This document shows, piece after piece, positions 32,312-45,920 of a stretch of DNA of 64,000 nt. Below the pieces are notes generated by a model, which saw nothing but the letters and a program-made list of their open reading frames with translations, made no database searches and was not told where the DNA came from. Where the stretch lies: assembly GCA_951406725.2 (NCBI GenBank), contig OX597815.1:144646001-144710000 (forward strand), written 5' to 3'. The translations under genes were made by a program, and so were the position numbers. How positions within the stretch are numbered: the first letter of the stretch is position 1; each line of letters begins with the position of its first letter. This stretch comes from Octopus vulgaris. Its lineage: Eukaryota.

Positions 32312-33392
32312 TTATTATTATTATTATTGTTGTTTTTGTTTTCGTCGTCGTCGTTGTCGTCATCGCTTCTATTGTTGTTGAGACGGCGAAGTGGCAGAAT
32401 CGTTAGCATGCTTAGCGTTAAAATGCTTAGAGGCGTTTTGTCCGTCTTTACGTTCTGAGTTCTAATTCCGTCCGAGATTGACTTTCCCTTTCATCCTTTC
32501 GGGGTCGATAAATTAAGTACCAGTGAGACTCTGAGGTCGATGTAATCGACCAGTCCCCTTCCACCAAATTTGAGGCGTTGTACCACCTGCAGAAGGAATT
32601 CCAATTACGTTTTGTGGTTTGCTACCTCAACAGCTCCTTTATAGGATCCAGTGGCTAAAGACATCATCAGGAGGAACCACGTCCCGATTTCGGCCCCCAC
32701 TCCTCTACCGTTTTCGACGTCGCCCCCCACACACACACACACTTTCGGTGGTGTCTTCAGCTCTGATGTGGAGTGCGTTTCTTCTTTCTCTTTTTTCTCC
32801 TGTTCCCTGGCCTCTTCGATGCGGGGTCAACGAATGTCAGCGGGCAACTGACTATCCTGCCAAATTTCCCTTTAAATACTCACTGGTAGGATCCAGCAGC
32901 CAGCACCAGATAGTTGTCACGTGACACTGTCTAAGCTTCAACTGACCAATGAAGGAGAAGGGCGCGTAATCTTAGCCTGCGCTCTCTCTGAACCTGGCTT
33001 CCAACAGTGTCGTGTTACTTTCAGTTCCAGCAGCCAGAGCCGACCAGCTGTTTGGTGGTGCAAGCCTTCGAACCAGGGGAAGAGGGCGCTATGAAAAGAT
33101 TATTATGATTGTTAACTGAAGCATCACCACCCCTGTATTGCGGAGGAAGGAATCATGAAATCCGTTACAAAAGACAAAATACCTCAAAATAATGTCTTCG
33201 TCTTAAAAACAAATATTTGCCACCGAACGAAGACATTCTTGAGCGAGACAAAAATCATCAGATTTATTACATAGCAGTTGAATCTTCTACCAACGACAGC
33301 AAGAGATAAAAGCTTAAATCCATTCTAAGTCGCTGTTTTAATGTAAATGTCGGACTTAGAAAGTACGTTTCGTCGACAATATTATAGAATTA

Positions 33393-33680
33393 GCGAGCTG
33401 GCAGAATCGTTAGCACGCCGGGCGAAATGCTTAGCGGAAATAGGTATTTCGTCTGCCGCTATTCCTTTACTACCAACAAGTTAGTAAAGAAATAGGTATT
33501 TTGTCTGTCGTTACGTTCTCAGTTCAAATTCCGCCGAGGTCGAATTTGCCTTTCATCCTTTCGGGGTCGATTAAATAAGTACCAGTTACGCACTGGGGTC
33601 GATGTAATCGACTTAATCCCTTTGTCTGTTCTTGTTTGTCCCCTCTATGTTTAGCCCTCTGTGAGCAATAAAGAAATAAA
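33393..33680 (+). mobile_element. SINE-B with internal re-start
   Basis: Head followed by an AGTAAAGAAATAGGTATTT junction back into the body. Confidence 0.85.
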
Positions 33681-33687
33681 TATCATA

Positions 33688-34941
33688 TTGGATTAGCAAC
33701 TATGTTCCCGCCGTTTTTAATAAAAAAATAACAACTAATTAATCAATAATGTATTCACCCTTGTTGTTTACAACTTCTTCCCAACGTTCAACAAGATTTT
33801 CAATACCTCGTTGGTAGAAAGCACCTGATTTCGACTAGAAAAATTGATCCAATCAAGCCCTCAATTCTGCATCAGTAGCGAACGAAACGCATAGCATTTG
33901 AAAGAGATCGAAAGAGGTGGACATCCATTGGTGCCAAATGAGGAGAGTACGGCGGGTGTGGCATCACTTTCAAGCCATGTGTTTGAATGGCTTCCTTGGT
34001 CATATTGGCGATATATGGGTGGGCATTGACATGCAGCAGAAGAACTCCATGCTGCTGATTAGGTCTTTTCTCTTGAATAGCCGTGTTGAGTCGCTCTATC
34101 TGTTGGACATAGAGTTCCGCGTTGACCGTTTGGTTCTGCTCAAGCAATTCGTAATGGATACTCCCTTCCCAGTCCCACCATGCGCACAACATCGTTTTAC
34201 GCGGATGAAGATCTTGTTTCACACGCGGTGTCCTTGTTTACCGGGGCTAAGCCATTCCTTACGCTGCTTCATATTGATGTACAGGCACCATTTTTCGTCG
34301 CCAGTAACGATTCGGTAAAGAAATCGTTGCTTGTGTCCGTGAGTTGAGCAGTGACGAGCAAGCAAACCAGCGGAGATCGTAGCTCGTTTATTTTTGCTGT
34401 TGTCACTTAAAGCATGTGGAACCCATGCTCCATACTTCTGGACATTTCCCAATGAGTGAAGATGCTTCTCTATAGCAGTGTGGGAGCATTCCATTCTTTG
34501 CCAGTTCCCTTGTTGTTTGACGAGAATTTTCGTGCAAAAGTTAGTTTAATCGCTCTTCATCGAACTCTGGACGGCCAGAACGAGGTGTGTCTTTGAGGGC
34601 AAAATTTCTATTTTTGAACTTGGCATACCAATCACGAGCGATTCTTTCAGTTATGGCACCCTCTCCATATACAACACAAATGTCGCGAGCAACTGTTGCG
34701 GCCTTAGAACCTGATTAAAGGCAAAAAGAAGGAGGTGTCGAAAACGCTCGTTTTCCTTAACTTGACATTCCATTTTAATGATCTGAAAATTAAAAAAAAA
34801 TTAACTAGAATTAACCAGAAAAAAAAAGATTCCAAAATGATTCAAAAATAGAATTCTCGAAAAAAATAGATTCTAAAATTTAAAAACGCAATAAATTCCA
34901 AAATTTAAAAAAAAACAGCAGGAACTTAGTTGCCAACCCAA
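33688..34941 (-). mobile_element. Full-length decayed mariner transposon
   Basis: TA-TTGGATTAGCAACTATGTTCC...GGAACTTAGTTGCCAACCCAA-TA; motifs WVPHAL, IVTGDEKW, MLCAWWD, HPPYSPHLAP; frameshifted; second catalytic D mutated (HVNA). Confidence 0.95.
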
Positions 34942-34956
34942 TAGAATCAGGATTAA

Positions 34957-35252
34957 GGCGGTGAGCTGGCAGAAACGTTAGCACACCGGGTGAAACGCTT
35001 AGCGGTATTTCGTCTGCCGCTACGTTTTGAGTTCAAATTCCGCCGAAGTCGACTTTGCCTTTCATCCTTTCGGGGTCGATTAAATAAGTACCAGTTACGC
35101 CCTGGGGTCGATGTTATCGACTTAATCCCTTTGTCTGTCCTTGTTTGTTGCCTCTGTGTTTAGTCCCTTGTGGGTAGTAAAGAAATAGGTATTCCGTTTG
35201 TCTTTACGTTCTGAGTTTAAACTCCACCGAGGTCAACTTTACCTTTTATCCT
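34957..35252 (+). mobile_element. SINE-B with partial tandem second unit
   Basis: Full unit to ~35185, then GGTATTCCGTTTGTCTTTACGTTCTGAG restarts the body. Confidence 0.85.
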
Positions 35253-35602
35253 CAGAGCATTTTTCACGATGTTCAAACTCAGAAGATTAGTTAAATAGAA
35301 AACATCTAAAAGGATGGAGGGGCCGTAAATATTGATTTAGTAACCGTCATTACCTAAGAACGACACGAACTCTAACAGACAAAATGGAAGAATATAAACA
35401 TTAGGGACTTCAAACAAGAAAAAACATGCCACAGTATTCTCTGGTTTGAATTTAAAATGATAATAAATCATTGAGGAAACTACAGAAAAGTATAAATAAC
35501 CAAGTAGTAAACCCATATTTGCGAACGTTTTGTCTCATATATCTAATTTTATTGAAATGGATTTAAATAGTGTTAACATTGACGAGAGAGAGAGAGAGAG
35601 AG

Positions 35603-35645
<43 letters not shown>

Positions 35646-35754
35646 CTGATAAGGGAGCTTCTAATACAATCGCAAGGCTTTCTGAACAGCACGGCTAAAT
35701 GAGGTTTTGTTTCGTTTTTTTCTAATAGGGAGGTTTGCCTGATGATGAGCTTTG

Positions 35755-36008
35755 TCTTATGCTACCTGCTTCTCGAAATAGGTTGCCCGTGATTACTCTA
35801 AGACTTGGCCTATTTTAGACTCAGCCATTGCAGTGCTGAGTCTAAAATAGATAGATATGCTCATAGATATGCCCATAGATATCTTATGCTACCTGCTTCT
35901 CGAAATAAGTTGCCCGTGATTACTCTAAGACTTGGCCTATTTTAGACTCAGCCATTGCAGTGCTGAGTCTAAAATAGATAGATATGCTCATAGATATGCC
36001 CATAGATA
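35755..36008. repeat. 127 bp tandem duplication, each unit with a 16 bp-stem hairpin
   Basis: Units start at 35755 and 35882; hairpin CTATTTTAGACTCAGC-cattgcagt-GCTGAGTCTAAAATAG. Confidence 0.9.
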
Positions 36009-36344
36009 TCATAGATATGCTCAGGGGCCTTTCAGTTGAACATCGAACCAAATGATTGATTTCTTATCGTTTCCTATAAGAGTACCTTCCTTAGTTTGAA
36101 TGCAAAGTGTTTCTTCATGGAGGCTTTTATCAGTTGACGAGACCCGGAATCGCAAGGTAAACAAATGTAATCTGGGTCTCAGAGAACTTGTTTACAAATG
36201 CTCTACTTCTTTTTTTAATTTTTTTTTATTGAAATGGAAGGTGCTTTATTATCAGTGTAACATATTTTTACAAGAAGAAAAGAAAGAAAGAATCCTTATA
36301 AGTATTAAAAAAATCAAATTATCGGAAAAAAGCAAACAAACCAT

Positions 36345-36733
36345 GGAATGGAAGCACTCCGTCGGTTACGACGATGAGGATTCCGGTTGATCCGAATGTA
36401 CGGAGCAGCCTGCTCGTGAAATTAACGTGTAAGTGGCTGAGCACTCCACAGACACGTGCACCCTTAACGTAGTTCTCGGGGATATTCAGCGTGACACAGA
36501 GAGTGACAAGGCCGGTCTCTTGAAATACAGGTACAACAGAAACAGGAAGTAAGAGTGAGAGAAAGTTGTGGTGAAAGAGTACAGCAGGGATCACCACCAT
36601 CCCCTGCCGGAGCCTCGTGGAGCTTTTAGGTGTTTTCGCTCAATAAACACTCACAACGCCCGTTCTGGGAATCGAAACCGCGATCCTATGACCGCGAGTC
36701 CGCTGCCCTAACCACTGAGCCATTGCGACTCCA
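36345..36733 (-). mobile_element. SINE-C (tRNA-derived), full length
   Basis: Inverse of 46694-47080; A box TGGCTCAGTGG, B box GTTTCGATTCC. Confidence 0.9.
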
Positions 36734-38871
36734 CTAAACAAACCATAACTACCTCACAAAAGAAACACAGAAATGGAAAAGGCGAGAGGATTAAGCAACA
36801 GAAGATGGCGGGGTAGGCGGAGGGAGCGACTGGTTGTACATCCCAGAACAAATGGCGTGTTTAGCGGCGCCTTGCAGGCATGATTGCAAAGCTATTGCCG
36901 TGGAGAATGGCCAGCAACACTCGCTGCAACGGCCACCCCATCTCGAGGGAATTATTTCTCAGACAGGATGCAGTTATCCCGATAACGCTTCTCTTGTGTA
37001 AATGATTCCATCAGAAACCATTATACAATCTGCCCTAAAGCTGTTATGTCCAGTTTACAAAGTATCGAATATCAATGTTGCCCAAAGATTTTATTAAAAC
37101 GGAAAGTACGTTAGTCAAAATAATAATTATATAAACCGACGTTGATTGGTTAATAACTGGAAAGAATTGCCCAGCGTTTGTAAATGAGAGCGGGGTGGGA
37201 TGAAAAGAAATTGTTTAAAATAACAGGGTCAGACTTGAAGATTATGTTACAAAATGCCACAAAATTTTGCGTTTGTGCAATCATAACATTAAGCATGGCA
37301 TGGAGAAAGTTATATTGATAAACAACGATATACACGCGTGTGTATATGCGCATGTACGTGGATGTATGTACGATTGGACATAAGTATGCGTTTTCATACA
37401 TACACAGATACATACATACATACATACATACATACACACACACACATACATACATACATACATACACACACATACATACACACATAAATACATACATACA
37501 GACATACCTACATACATACATACATACATACATACATACATACATACACACACATACATACACACATAAATAAATACATACAGACATACCTACACATACA
37601 TACATACATACATACATACATACATACATACATACATACATACATACATACATACACACACACATACACACATAAATACATACATACAGACATACCTACA
37701 CATACATACACACACATAAATACATACATACACACATACACGTACATACAAACATACATACACATACATACGTACATACACACACGCATACACATGCATA
37801 CGTATATGCATACATTACAAGTTCAGGCTTATACGTGTAATTATTGGGATACTGGGATATGTAAGACACTGCCTAAATATCAATCTTGAGAAATTAGGCT
37901 TTTCGAAACCAGAAAGGAGAAAACTAATTCGAAAACTACAGATCCAATCCATCACCGGAACTGTAAAAATCTGAAAAACTTTCCAGAGTTTCTCATTTAA
38001 ATATATATATGTGCATGGCTATATATGCAACTACTAAGTGCATGGGAATACATACATATAACAAAACATACAAATCCGTACATATACATACAAACAAAAA
38101 ATACCTTGTTGTTGATGTTGAAATTCCAATGAAAGAGCCTTGGATCTAGGGTAGCAACCGGTTCTTTCTCTATTGGCAAGAAATCTTGAAATAAAACTGA
38201 ATAATGATATACATCCTTCCATTCATCCATCCATCCATCCATCCATCCATCCATCCATCCATCCATCCATACATACATACATACATACATACATACATGA
38301 ATACATGAATACATGCATACATGCGTACATACATATATACACACGCATACATACATACATACATACATACATACATACATACATACATACATACATACAA
38401 GTGTTTATATGGTTGTCGTTCAAAATGGCGCCTGAAAAGAGACAAATACTCGAAACAAAGATGTTGATTGTTATTGTTGTTGTTATTTAGTCTTAATTCC
38501 AGCCAAAACCATTCCGTGCATTTTTGGAGTGCATTATCTATTGTGTCCTACCTGGTATGAATTGAGGGGATTAGGCTGCTATTTCTAACTGGCCACGCTA
38601 TCACGTAGTGGTTTCCTTTATCTTTTATCTTTTATAATGGTTTCTTTCATCGGACTGTGGCCATGCTGGGGCACCGCCTTCGGGAACTTTGAGTAGAATA
38701 AATCGACTCCAATGGCTATTATTTTTTTAAGCCTGGTACTTATTCCATCGGTCTCTTTTGTCGACCCACCAAGTTACATGGATGTAAACAGACCAACACC
38801 AGTTGGCAAGCAGGGGGTGGGGGACAAACACAGACAAAGATACATACATACGCATATACATACATACAGGC

Positions 38872-38934
<63 letters not shown>

Positions 38935-39239
38935 CAGACAGACAGACAGACATATCGCATACACTTCGAACCTCTTCCTGGATTTTCTACACCTTCTACC
39001 CTTCGGACTTCCACCTGGTCTTTCTGCACCTCTCCTACATACACATGGATTACACTGGACTCTTCCGTTGATACACCTCCAATACACTTCGACGTTTGCA
39101 CCTTTTTAACCTTTTGAACTTTTCTGAACTTTTTTTGTACTTTCTACTTTTTCCTATAGTCGTTTCTTCATACTCTGTTTTTTCTTACTCTGTAGCTCTC
39201 AATACCACCTCTGTCCGGCAGTCGCCATGATAGATCGCT

Positions 39240-39390
39240 AGCCACTAAACCTTTTCTATTTTCTCTCCCTGTTTATTTCTGTGTTCCTTTCTGTCGAAGA
39301 GCGTTGGCTCGAAACGTAAAAGACTTTCTCGCTTCCTGAGTATTAAACTCTTTTGTTTCGCTTGTTTTTTTGTAAATTCCATCTATATAT
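39240..39390 (+). mobile_element. Family-A-like tail with decayed hammerhead, ending in (TA)n
   Basis: CTTT-CTGTCGA-A-GAGCgttgGCTC-GAAACGTA-AAAG at 39287-39322 (A6 mutated). Confidence 0.6.
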
Positions 39391-39404
39391 ATGTGTGTGT
39401 GTAT

Positions 39405-39452
<48 letters not shown>

Positions 39453-39458
<6 letters not shown>

Positions 39459-39745
39459 AATATTAAATTTCTAAATATCTCATAGAGATATGTACGGTGG
39501 TGGGGCGATAGAGTGGTTGTATACTGTCAACTTAACGTGACAGTAGGGGATTACCTCACCGCTGTTTAGCCCTAGGAAGCATCGACGCTTCCTGTCGGCT
39601 TCGACATATTTCCTGTGTCCTTATATATTTACGAAGGGGAGACAAATACCCCTAACAGCTAGGCCTGCATCTAGAGACACGCATGTTTCAGGGTCTTTGC
39701 CCATCATCGGTCTAGAGTAGCAGAAGCCTGCTAGCTGAAGATGAA
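39453..39745 (-). mobile_element. Hammerhead-bearing pLTR-like repeat, left copy
   Basis: 39453-39577 is directly repeated at 45274-45397; 39508-39742 is inverted at ~45406-45632. Hammerhead-like motif at 39670-39716. Confidence 0.75.
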
Positions 39746-40051
39746 ATCTTTATTAAAATCATGCGATTTTACATAGAATTGGACATCACAAGACAAACAA
39801 TTACAAAGAATGTTATGAGAGTTCGAATGATACTTAAAAATATATAAAAATTTAATTATAATGTAACATGAACGAAAACTTGGCTTACTTTTGCCTTTAT
39901 AACGAGAACTTTAGTGCGTTTTTTTTTTTTTTAAAAAAAACATTAGAAATTATAACATATGTAAAATGAAAAGGAATGGGAAGTGCCGGTTTCGAATTTT
40001 GAACCCGGCAACCTATAAGGCCCAGCAACTAATTTTTCCTTTCTTCGATGA

Positions 40052-43000
40052 TTAAGCTGGGTTACTAACACCCACCTTTCTCATCACATCCTTCCAACGT
40101 TTCATATACTCTTTCTGTGGCAGGCTCCTCTTCTCCAACCCCATCTTGCTCTTCAGATGATATCTGAAGTATTTTAACAAACCAGGGCCAGAGACAAAGG
40201 ACCCTGTCACTAAACCTTCCATTCTGGTTCTCCACACACACTCTTTCAGTACTGCCACCGTACAGTAAAAACAAGCCTTACCTTCCTTTGAGAGTCCAGT
40301 TGGCGGTATCATCTTTATCATAGATCCAGCCGACAGCTGTACTCGTCCCAGATGCGACAACACGTGTTCAACGTAACTTATCAAGCTTGACAGCTCCCGA
40401 CATTGTACAAAAGCATGTTGAACGGTTTCGTCGTCCAACCCACATCTTGGACAGTGTCGGTGGCACTGACATTCCGTGCGTGGATAACTTATCGCGAACA
40501 GGTAACGCATTCCTATAGCACTGCCAGGTCAGGGATTTTTGGTAATTGTCCAAATACCCCGGCCTGAAAGTCTTCTTAAACAGGTTGGAGAGTTGATTCT
40601 CATCGAACCCCAGAGCCCCTCCTAGGACGTCGTCATTTTTTGCCTCTACCAGCCCTCTATAGAACACCGAGGTGGTATTCCCGCTGCCGGCCTTGCCCAC
40701 CTTGTGGATCAGCCAGAGTGCCTGTCGGCACTCCTTCTGCCATAAAGTCAGGTTACGTCTTTTAATGAAACCGGGTTTAAATCTCTCCATAGAGGCCGGT
40801 CGCGGGAAGAATTCCTCTGCCAGCGGACTCCACACCTTATCACCCTCCAGGTGACACCAGAGATGTCTCAGCCTCAACGCATGCCTGCGCATCATTAGCC
40901 AAGGCATCCCCAGCCCACCCTTTAGCGGTTCCTGGCAACACACGGAGCGTCTCACAAGTGGCTTTCCTCCCCTCCACAAAAAGCGGAAAAGGAGTCGTTC
41001 CAACTTGCTTAACCACGAATCGGGGCAAGGCACGACGGTCGAGCGGTAGGCTATAAACATCTGTACCACCTCCGCCCTCCCTTTCAAGGAAAGATGCCTT
41101 CTGGACCACTTCCGTACAATAGCTTCTACTTTGTTCGCTACCTCGCTCCAATTCTTCTCCGTCTGGGAGTCTGGACCAAACCAAACTCCGAGCAATTTAA
41201 CAGGACCATCTGTCCAGTGTCCAACAACACTGGACGATATCGGCTTGTTCCTCCAGGTGCCGAGGCGCAAACCGATGGACTTGTCCTTGTTAACTTTTGC
41301 CCCTGCCACCGCTTCGTATCTTCGGAGAGCACCTTCTACACGAGGTAGCTGTGCTTCGTTGGACATGATGAGGGTGACGTCATCCGCATAGGCAGAAACA
41401 GACTTACCGTATGCGATTTCATTAGGGTTGCCTCCCAACTTCTCCAACTTCCGCAACAATGGCTCAAGAGCCAAAACAAACAGGAGCGGGGACAGGGGAC
41501 AACCGTGACGAACTGAACGCTTGATCGAAAACGGCTCCGTTAGGTAACCGTTTATCTGGAGTGTGGACTTGATGCCGCTGTACATAGCTGAGATCCACCC
41601 GCAAAAGCCAGGGCCCAGCCCAGCCGGCCCGAAGACCGCCGCCAAGTACCGATGGTCTACCCTATCGAACGCTTTACTTTGGTCTAAAGGGACCAATGCC
41701 CCACCTTTGCCGGCTAATTTCCCGACCCTGTCTATAGTGTAGCGGAGAAGGTGAAGATTATCCTGGATCGACCTGCCTGGGATTGCACATGTCTGTGCCT
41801 TCCCGACAAGTTTCTCCACGACAGCCGTCAACCTTTTTGCTAACACCTTGGCCAAAATCTTAAACTCTACATTAAGTAGAGTTATGGGCCTATAATTACT
41901 AATACTATCCCCCTTGCTCGGGTCTTTCTGGACCAGCGTCACAACTCCCCGGCTCACAGAACTGGGAATCCTCCCATTCTGTTGCCAGTTCGCATAGACT
42001 CCTGCCAGTATATCCCCGAACAAGTCCGGCATACAACAATAGAACTCATAGGGCAGACCATCTAACCCCGGCGACTTTTCCCCGGCGCAACCGGCCATAA
42101 CCTCTCTTAGCTCCGCGGGAGAGTTCGATCCTTCTCAGCATTCCGCCTCACGTGTCGAGAGCCGAGGTCCACCGGCTAGGAAGTCCTTTAAGGCCTCCCC
42201 TCGCTCGAGCGGACCGCCATACCCAAACAACCGGGCGAAATGCTGGTGAGGACCTTCTGCATCTCCTCCTGTCCATAGATCATGCGACCCTGCTCGTCAG
42301 TTAAAGACTTAATACAGGACTTTTTGCCCTTCTGACTCTCCTCACGACGGGCCCATCCGGCAACGTTAATACCTTCTCGTTTCCCTGCACGTAACTTAGC
42401 TCTGACTCTACACCCCTCATGAGGTGACGGTACAAGACCGTTCTCGCTGCCAACACTCCAGATGTACAGCAAGATTCCATTGCCTCGTCTAAGTTCTTAA
42501 CTAATTCGCCCTTTATTCTAGTCCAATCTAAACTTAGCTGCTTGCTAAATCTAATGGACTCAAACGGATGGCTCTTTTGAGGGCGAGCCACCATCTATTA
42601 TTAATGATGGTGTCACATAATGCCCTCTGGACTAATTCCTTAATCCGAGTACGGAAGCTTCACAAGTCAAATTAGACTTGTTCATTTTCCAGTACCCGGG
42701 GCTCTGTCTATGGCATTTATCTACCTGTACCTCACACGTCACAAGTTTGTGATCCGTGTAAGGCACAACAGAAAATTGTGGACAGCTAATGCTATTCCTA
42801 TCTCGTTCCTTAACAAATACCCTATCTATATACGATCTGCGTGAGCCGTCGTTGTTACTCCACGTCCACTGTGGAACGTTCGGCTCATCCAGTCGAAAAC
42901 GGTCTACTAGATTAAAGCTCGCTAGTAGAGCCTTGAGGCAAGGATTCCCTTTTCTATCGTTCGAGCCTACACTATCAACCCGCGCATCGAGAATAGTGTT

Positions 43001-43407
43001 GAAGTCCCCTACCAAGACTACCGTTTTAGACGTCACTAGAAAGTGCTCCAGGTTCCGATGAAAACCGGTCTGCCCACACCCATTAGGAGCATAGACAGCT
43101 ACCAACCTGAAGGACTGCTTACTCACGTGAGTCACATCTAGGACAACCAGCCTACCTTCTGGGTCCAGAAAGACAGTACTTACCTGTAAGTCCAAGTTCT
43201 TCCTGATAAGGACTGCCACGCCTGCACTGCCCCCTCGGCTAGGAGAAATAAATTTCTCGTAACCATTGAGAAGTGGCGAGAACGCTTGGGGTCCTTTCAT
43301 CTTGGACTCGGTGACAATAGCCACAGTGAAATGAGGTCGTCCAGCAAACAAGCCTGTTTCCATTTCGACCCCATTCCACGCACATTTATATAGCCTAACT
43401 TAATCAT
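40052..43407 (-). pseudogene. LINE ORF2 (APE endonuclease, reverse transcriptase, Cys-rich C-terminus), disrupted
   Basis: MIKLGYINVRG start at 43407; VYAP, GDFN, SYIDR, TDHKLV; KSPGLDGLP, NYRPITLLN, LDQSKAFDRV, GCPLSP, AYADD; CPRCG...ETVQHAFVQC. Confidence 0.92.
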
Positions 43408-43429
43408 CGAAGAAAGAAAAATAATTTAC

Positions 43430-44935
43430 TTACGGTTGCGAGAGGGAGCATGACAGATTATGTCTGCCTGCCTCCTCCACACTCTCCGTTGTTGCTGGGC
43501 ATTTCACCGGCGTTGCCACCGGGCTCTGGGTTGGTGTGGCTGCCGGGCTGATGTGCACTCTCCCAGCTATCACCTCCTGAGTGACATCCTTAATGAAACC
43601 GTCCTTTACATGTTGTTGGAAGAGTCTCTCCTTCCATTCCTCCTCGCCGACCCTTGCGTATCTCCATTCCGGGTCCTTCTCAGTCGTTTTAAAGCATTTG
43701 ATTTGAGTTCTTGCCTTCACGAACCTCACAACTCTCTCATTTCTCGTATTATAAGCTATACACTTATCTTTGATTTAAACCCTTTTAAAGTTGGGGGGTG
43801 GGGTTTATTGAATTGCTGTCCTACAAGTGTAGTACCAACGGGATGGGAATGGAAAATTTTTTTATGTTGTTCGTCTGCATTATTAATTTTCTTTTTTGTT
43901 TGGGGTGGGGAGTCTGGGGTGTTGAATTTTTTCCTTTTGTTTGTCACAGTCGGGTATTCCATTTCTTCCTGCTCTTTTTCTTTTGTTAGATTATTTTCCT
44001 CCTCCTTTTCTTTTTCGTTTTGTTTTTCTTTCTTTTTCTTCTCCTCTTTTTGAATTTCAGTTTGTTTTTTTCTTTTCCGTGTTTTCTTTTGTTGTTGCTG
44101 TGTTGTCTGCTTTGTTGTTCTCTGTGTTTTTCACAGTGTCTTGAGGAGGAGCGTTAACCATTTTTTTTTATTTTTCGTGCACTCGGAGCGAACATGACCC
44201 TTTTGTTCGCACTTGAAACATCTTGGCCTGCGTCCCTCTACCGATACACGTATAGTATGCACCTCCCCCACGAAGATCCTATCTGGCAAGCTTTCCAGCG
44301 TAGAATTTTCTGCTTGAATAATCATCTCAAGCTGTTGGTCTTTCCAGTGTGTTGCCTCTTTCTTCCTCATGCTCAATATTGTTAATTTTTCCTCCGCATC
44401 AAATATGACCGCCGTTGCCGCCCGAATCAATTCATAGCCCCTTGGTATGTCCTCAATTGTGACTTTCGCCGTCCTACGCCCCAAATACAAGGGGAGTAAG
44501 AGGATATGTTCGCTTTTCAACGTTTGTGTTGAAATTTCCTTCGCTATGTCAGCCGACTCGAAATGAGCTTCTACTGTAGCGCTTCTCACTCCTCGGTTGA
44601 CAGCGAACCTTACTCCATTTTGGCGCCATACACTTTTCGACTATATCATTTTTCACGTCGGTTATTCTTTTTTCTTTTATATTATAGACCTTGTAAGTAA
44701 CCGTCTTTTCTCGAATTGCCTGCATAGTTTCAGGGGGCGGTATTAATCGCGTTTCTTCACCGGTTTTTTTAATTAACTTTCTGAACTGGAAGAGCTTTTC
44801 CATTGCCACTTCCAGTTCTACCACGTTGCCGCCTACGGCGTCAGAGAAACTTGGTTTTGCCTGTGTAACCTTTTGTTTATTAACGGTTGTGCCTTCTCCC
44901 ATCTCGGAAAAATCTTTTTTTGAATTTAAGTCCAA
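43430..44935 (-). pseudogene. LINE ORF1 (gag-like, CCHC zinc knuckle), disrupted
   Basis: CFKCEQKGHVRSEC followed by a Lys/Glu-rich region; split across several ORFs. Confidence 0.8.
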
Positions 44936-45273
44936 TTTCCATTATAGAAAACAAGAAACTTGTCACAAATGACAAGGGAATTTTTCAAAAATAACCTATA
45001 CAGGTTAACAGTTCACACAAAAAAAAAACAGAAATTTTCTACCCCGAAGGGCGAAAATTACTGAATCAAAAAACAACAGTTCAAAATTTGCACATGTAAC
45101 ACAAAACAAAAAGACAAACGGGATCGAACTCACACAACGGCTTGCAGCAACAGAAAAATGTTTGACGTAATCCGAGGAAAAATTCAAAAAGGCCTGCTCG
45201 CTGAAGATCATAGTCTCGACTTCGCAAATATATATATCTAATTTTCAGTGAAGTTTATTCACTGATCACCAAA

Positions 45274-45632
45274 ATCAGAAATATTAAATTTCTAAATATC
45301 TCATAGAGATATGTACGGTGGTGGGGCGATAGAGTGGTTGTATACTGTCAACTTAACGTGACAGTAGGGGATTACACCACCGCTGTTTAGCCCTAGGAGA
45401 CAGATATCTTCAGCTAGCAGGCTTCTGCTACTCTAGACCGATGATGGGCAAAGACCCTGAAACATGCGTGTCTCTAGGCCTAGCTGTTGGGGGTATTTGT
45501 CTCCCCTTCGTAAATATATAAGGACACAGGAAATGTGTCGAAGCCGACAGAAAGCGTCGATGCTTTCTTGGGCTAAACAGCGGTGGCGTAATCCCCTACT
45601 GTCTCGTTAAGTTGACAGTATACATCCACTAT
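45274..45632 (+). mobile_element. Hammerhead-bearing pLTR-like repeat, right copy (partial direct plus inverted)
   Basis: CTAGA-CCGATGA-tGGGcaaagaCCCt-GAAACATGCGTGTC-TCTAG at 45433-45477; ends in (TA)n. Confidence 0.75.
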
Positions 45633-45635
45633 ACA

Positions 45636-45742
<107 letters not shown>

Positions 45743-45860
45743 TAGAATATAAAGATAAAATCACGTTAATGATTGATATCAGGTAGTCAGCATGCAATAA
45801 AAATTTATAGGTAATTTATACATTAAAATAATAATTATATGTGTGTATGTTTGTGTGTGT

Positions 45861-45920
<60 letters not shown>

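Larger units (their letters stand above)
39918..45230 (-). mobile_element. Tx1/L1-group non-LTR retrotransposon, near full length, frameshifted
   Basis: Poly(A) at ~39919-39932 (T run on +); ORF1 and ORF2 remnants; 5' end approximate; no TSD identified. Confidence 0.9.

Noticed and set aside
32600-33100. GC-richer block, possible solo LTR or exon (ORF 32619-32924)
   Set aside because: No TG...CA ends, TSD, second copy or recognisable peptide.
35736-35795. Hammerhead-like CTGATGATGAG...CTCGAAATAGGTT
   Set aside because: Stems I and III pair poorly; could be chance.
43460-44053. 197 aa hydrophobic ORF on the + strand
   Set aside because: Antisense shadow of the purine-rich LINE ORF1.
39895-45250. 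Target-site duplication for the Tx1 LINE
   Set aside because: No matching direct repeat found at the two ends by eye.
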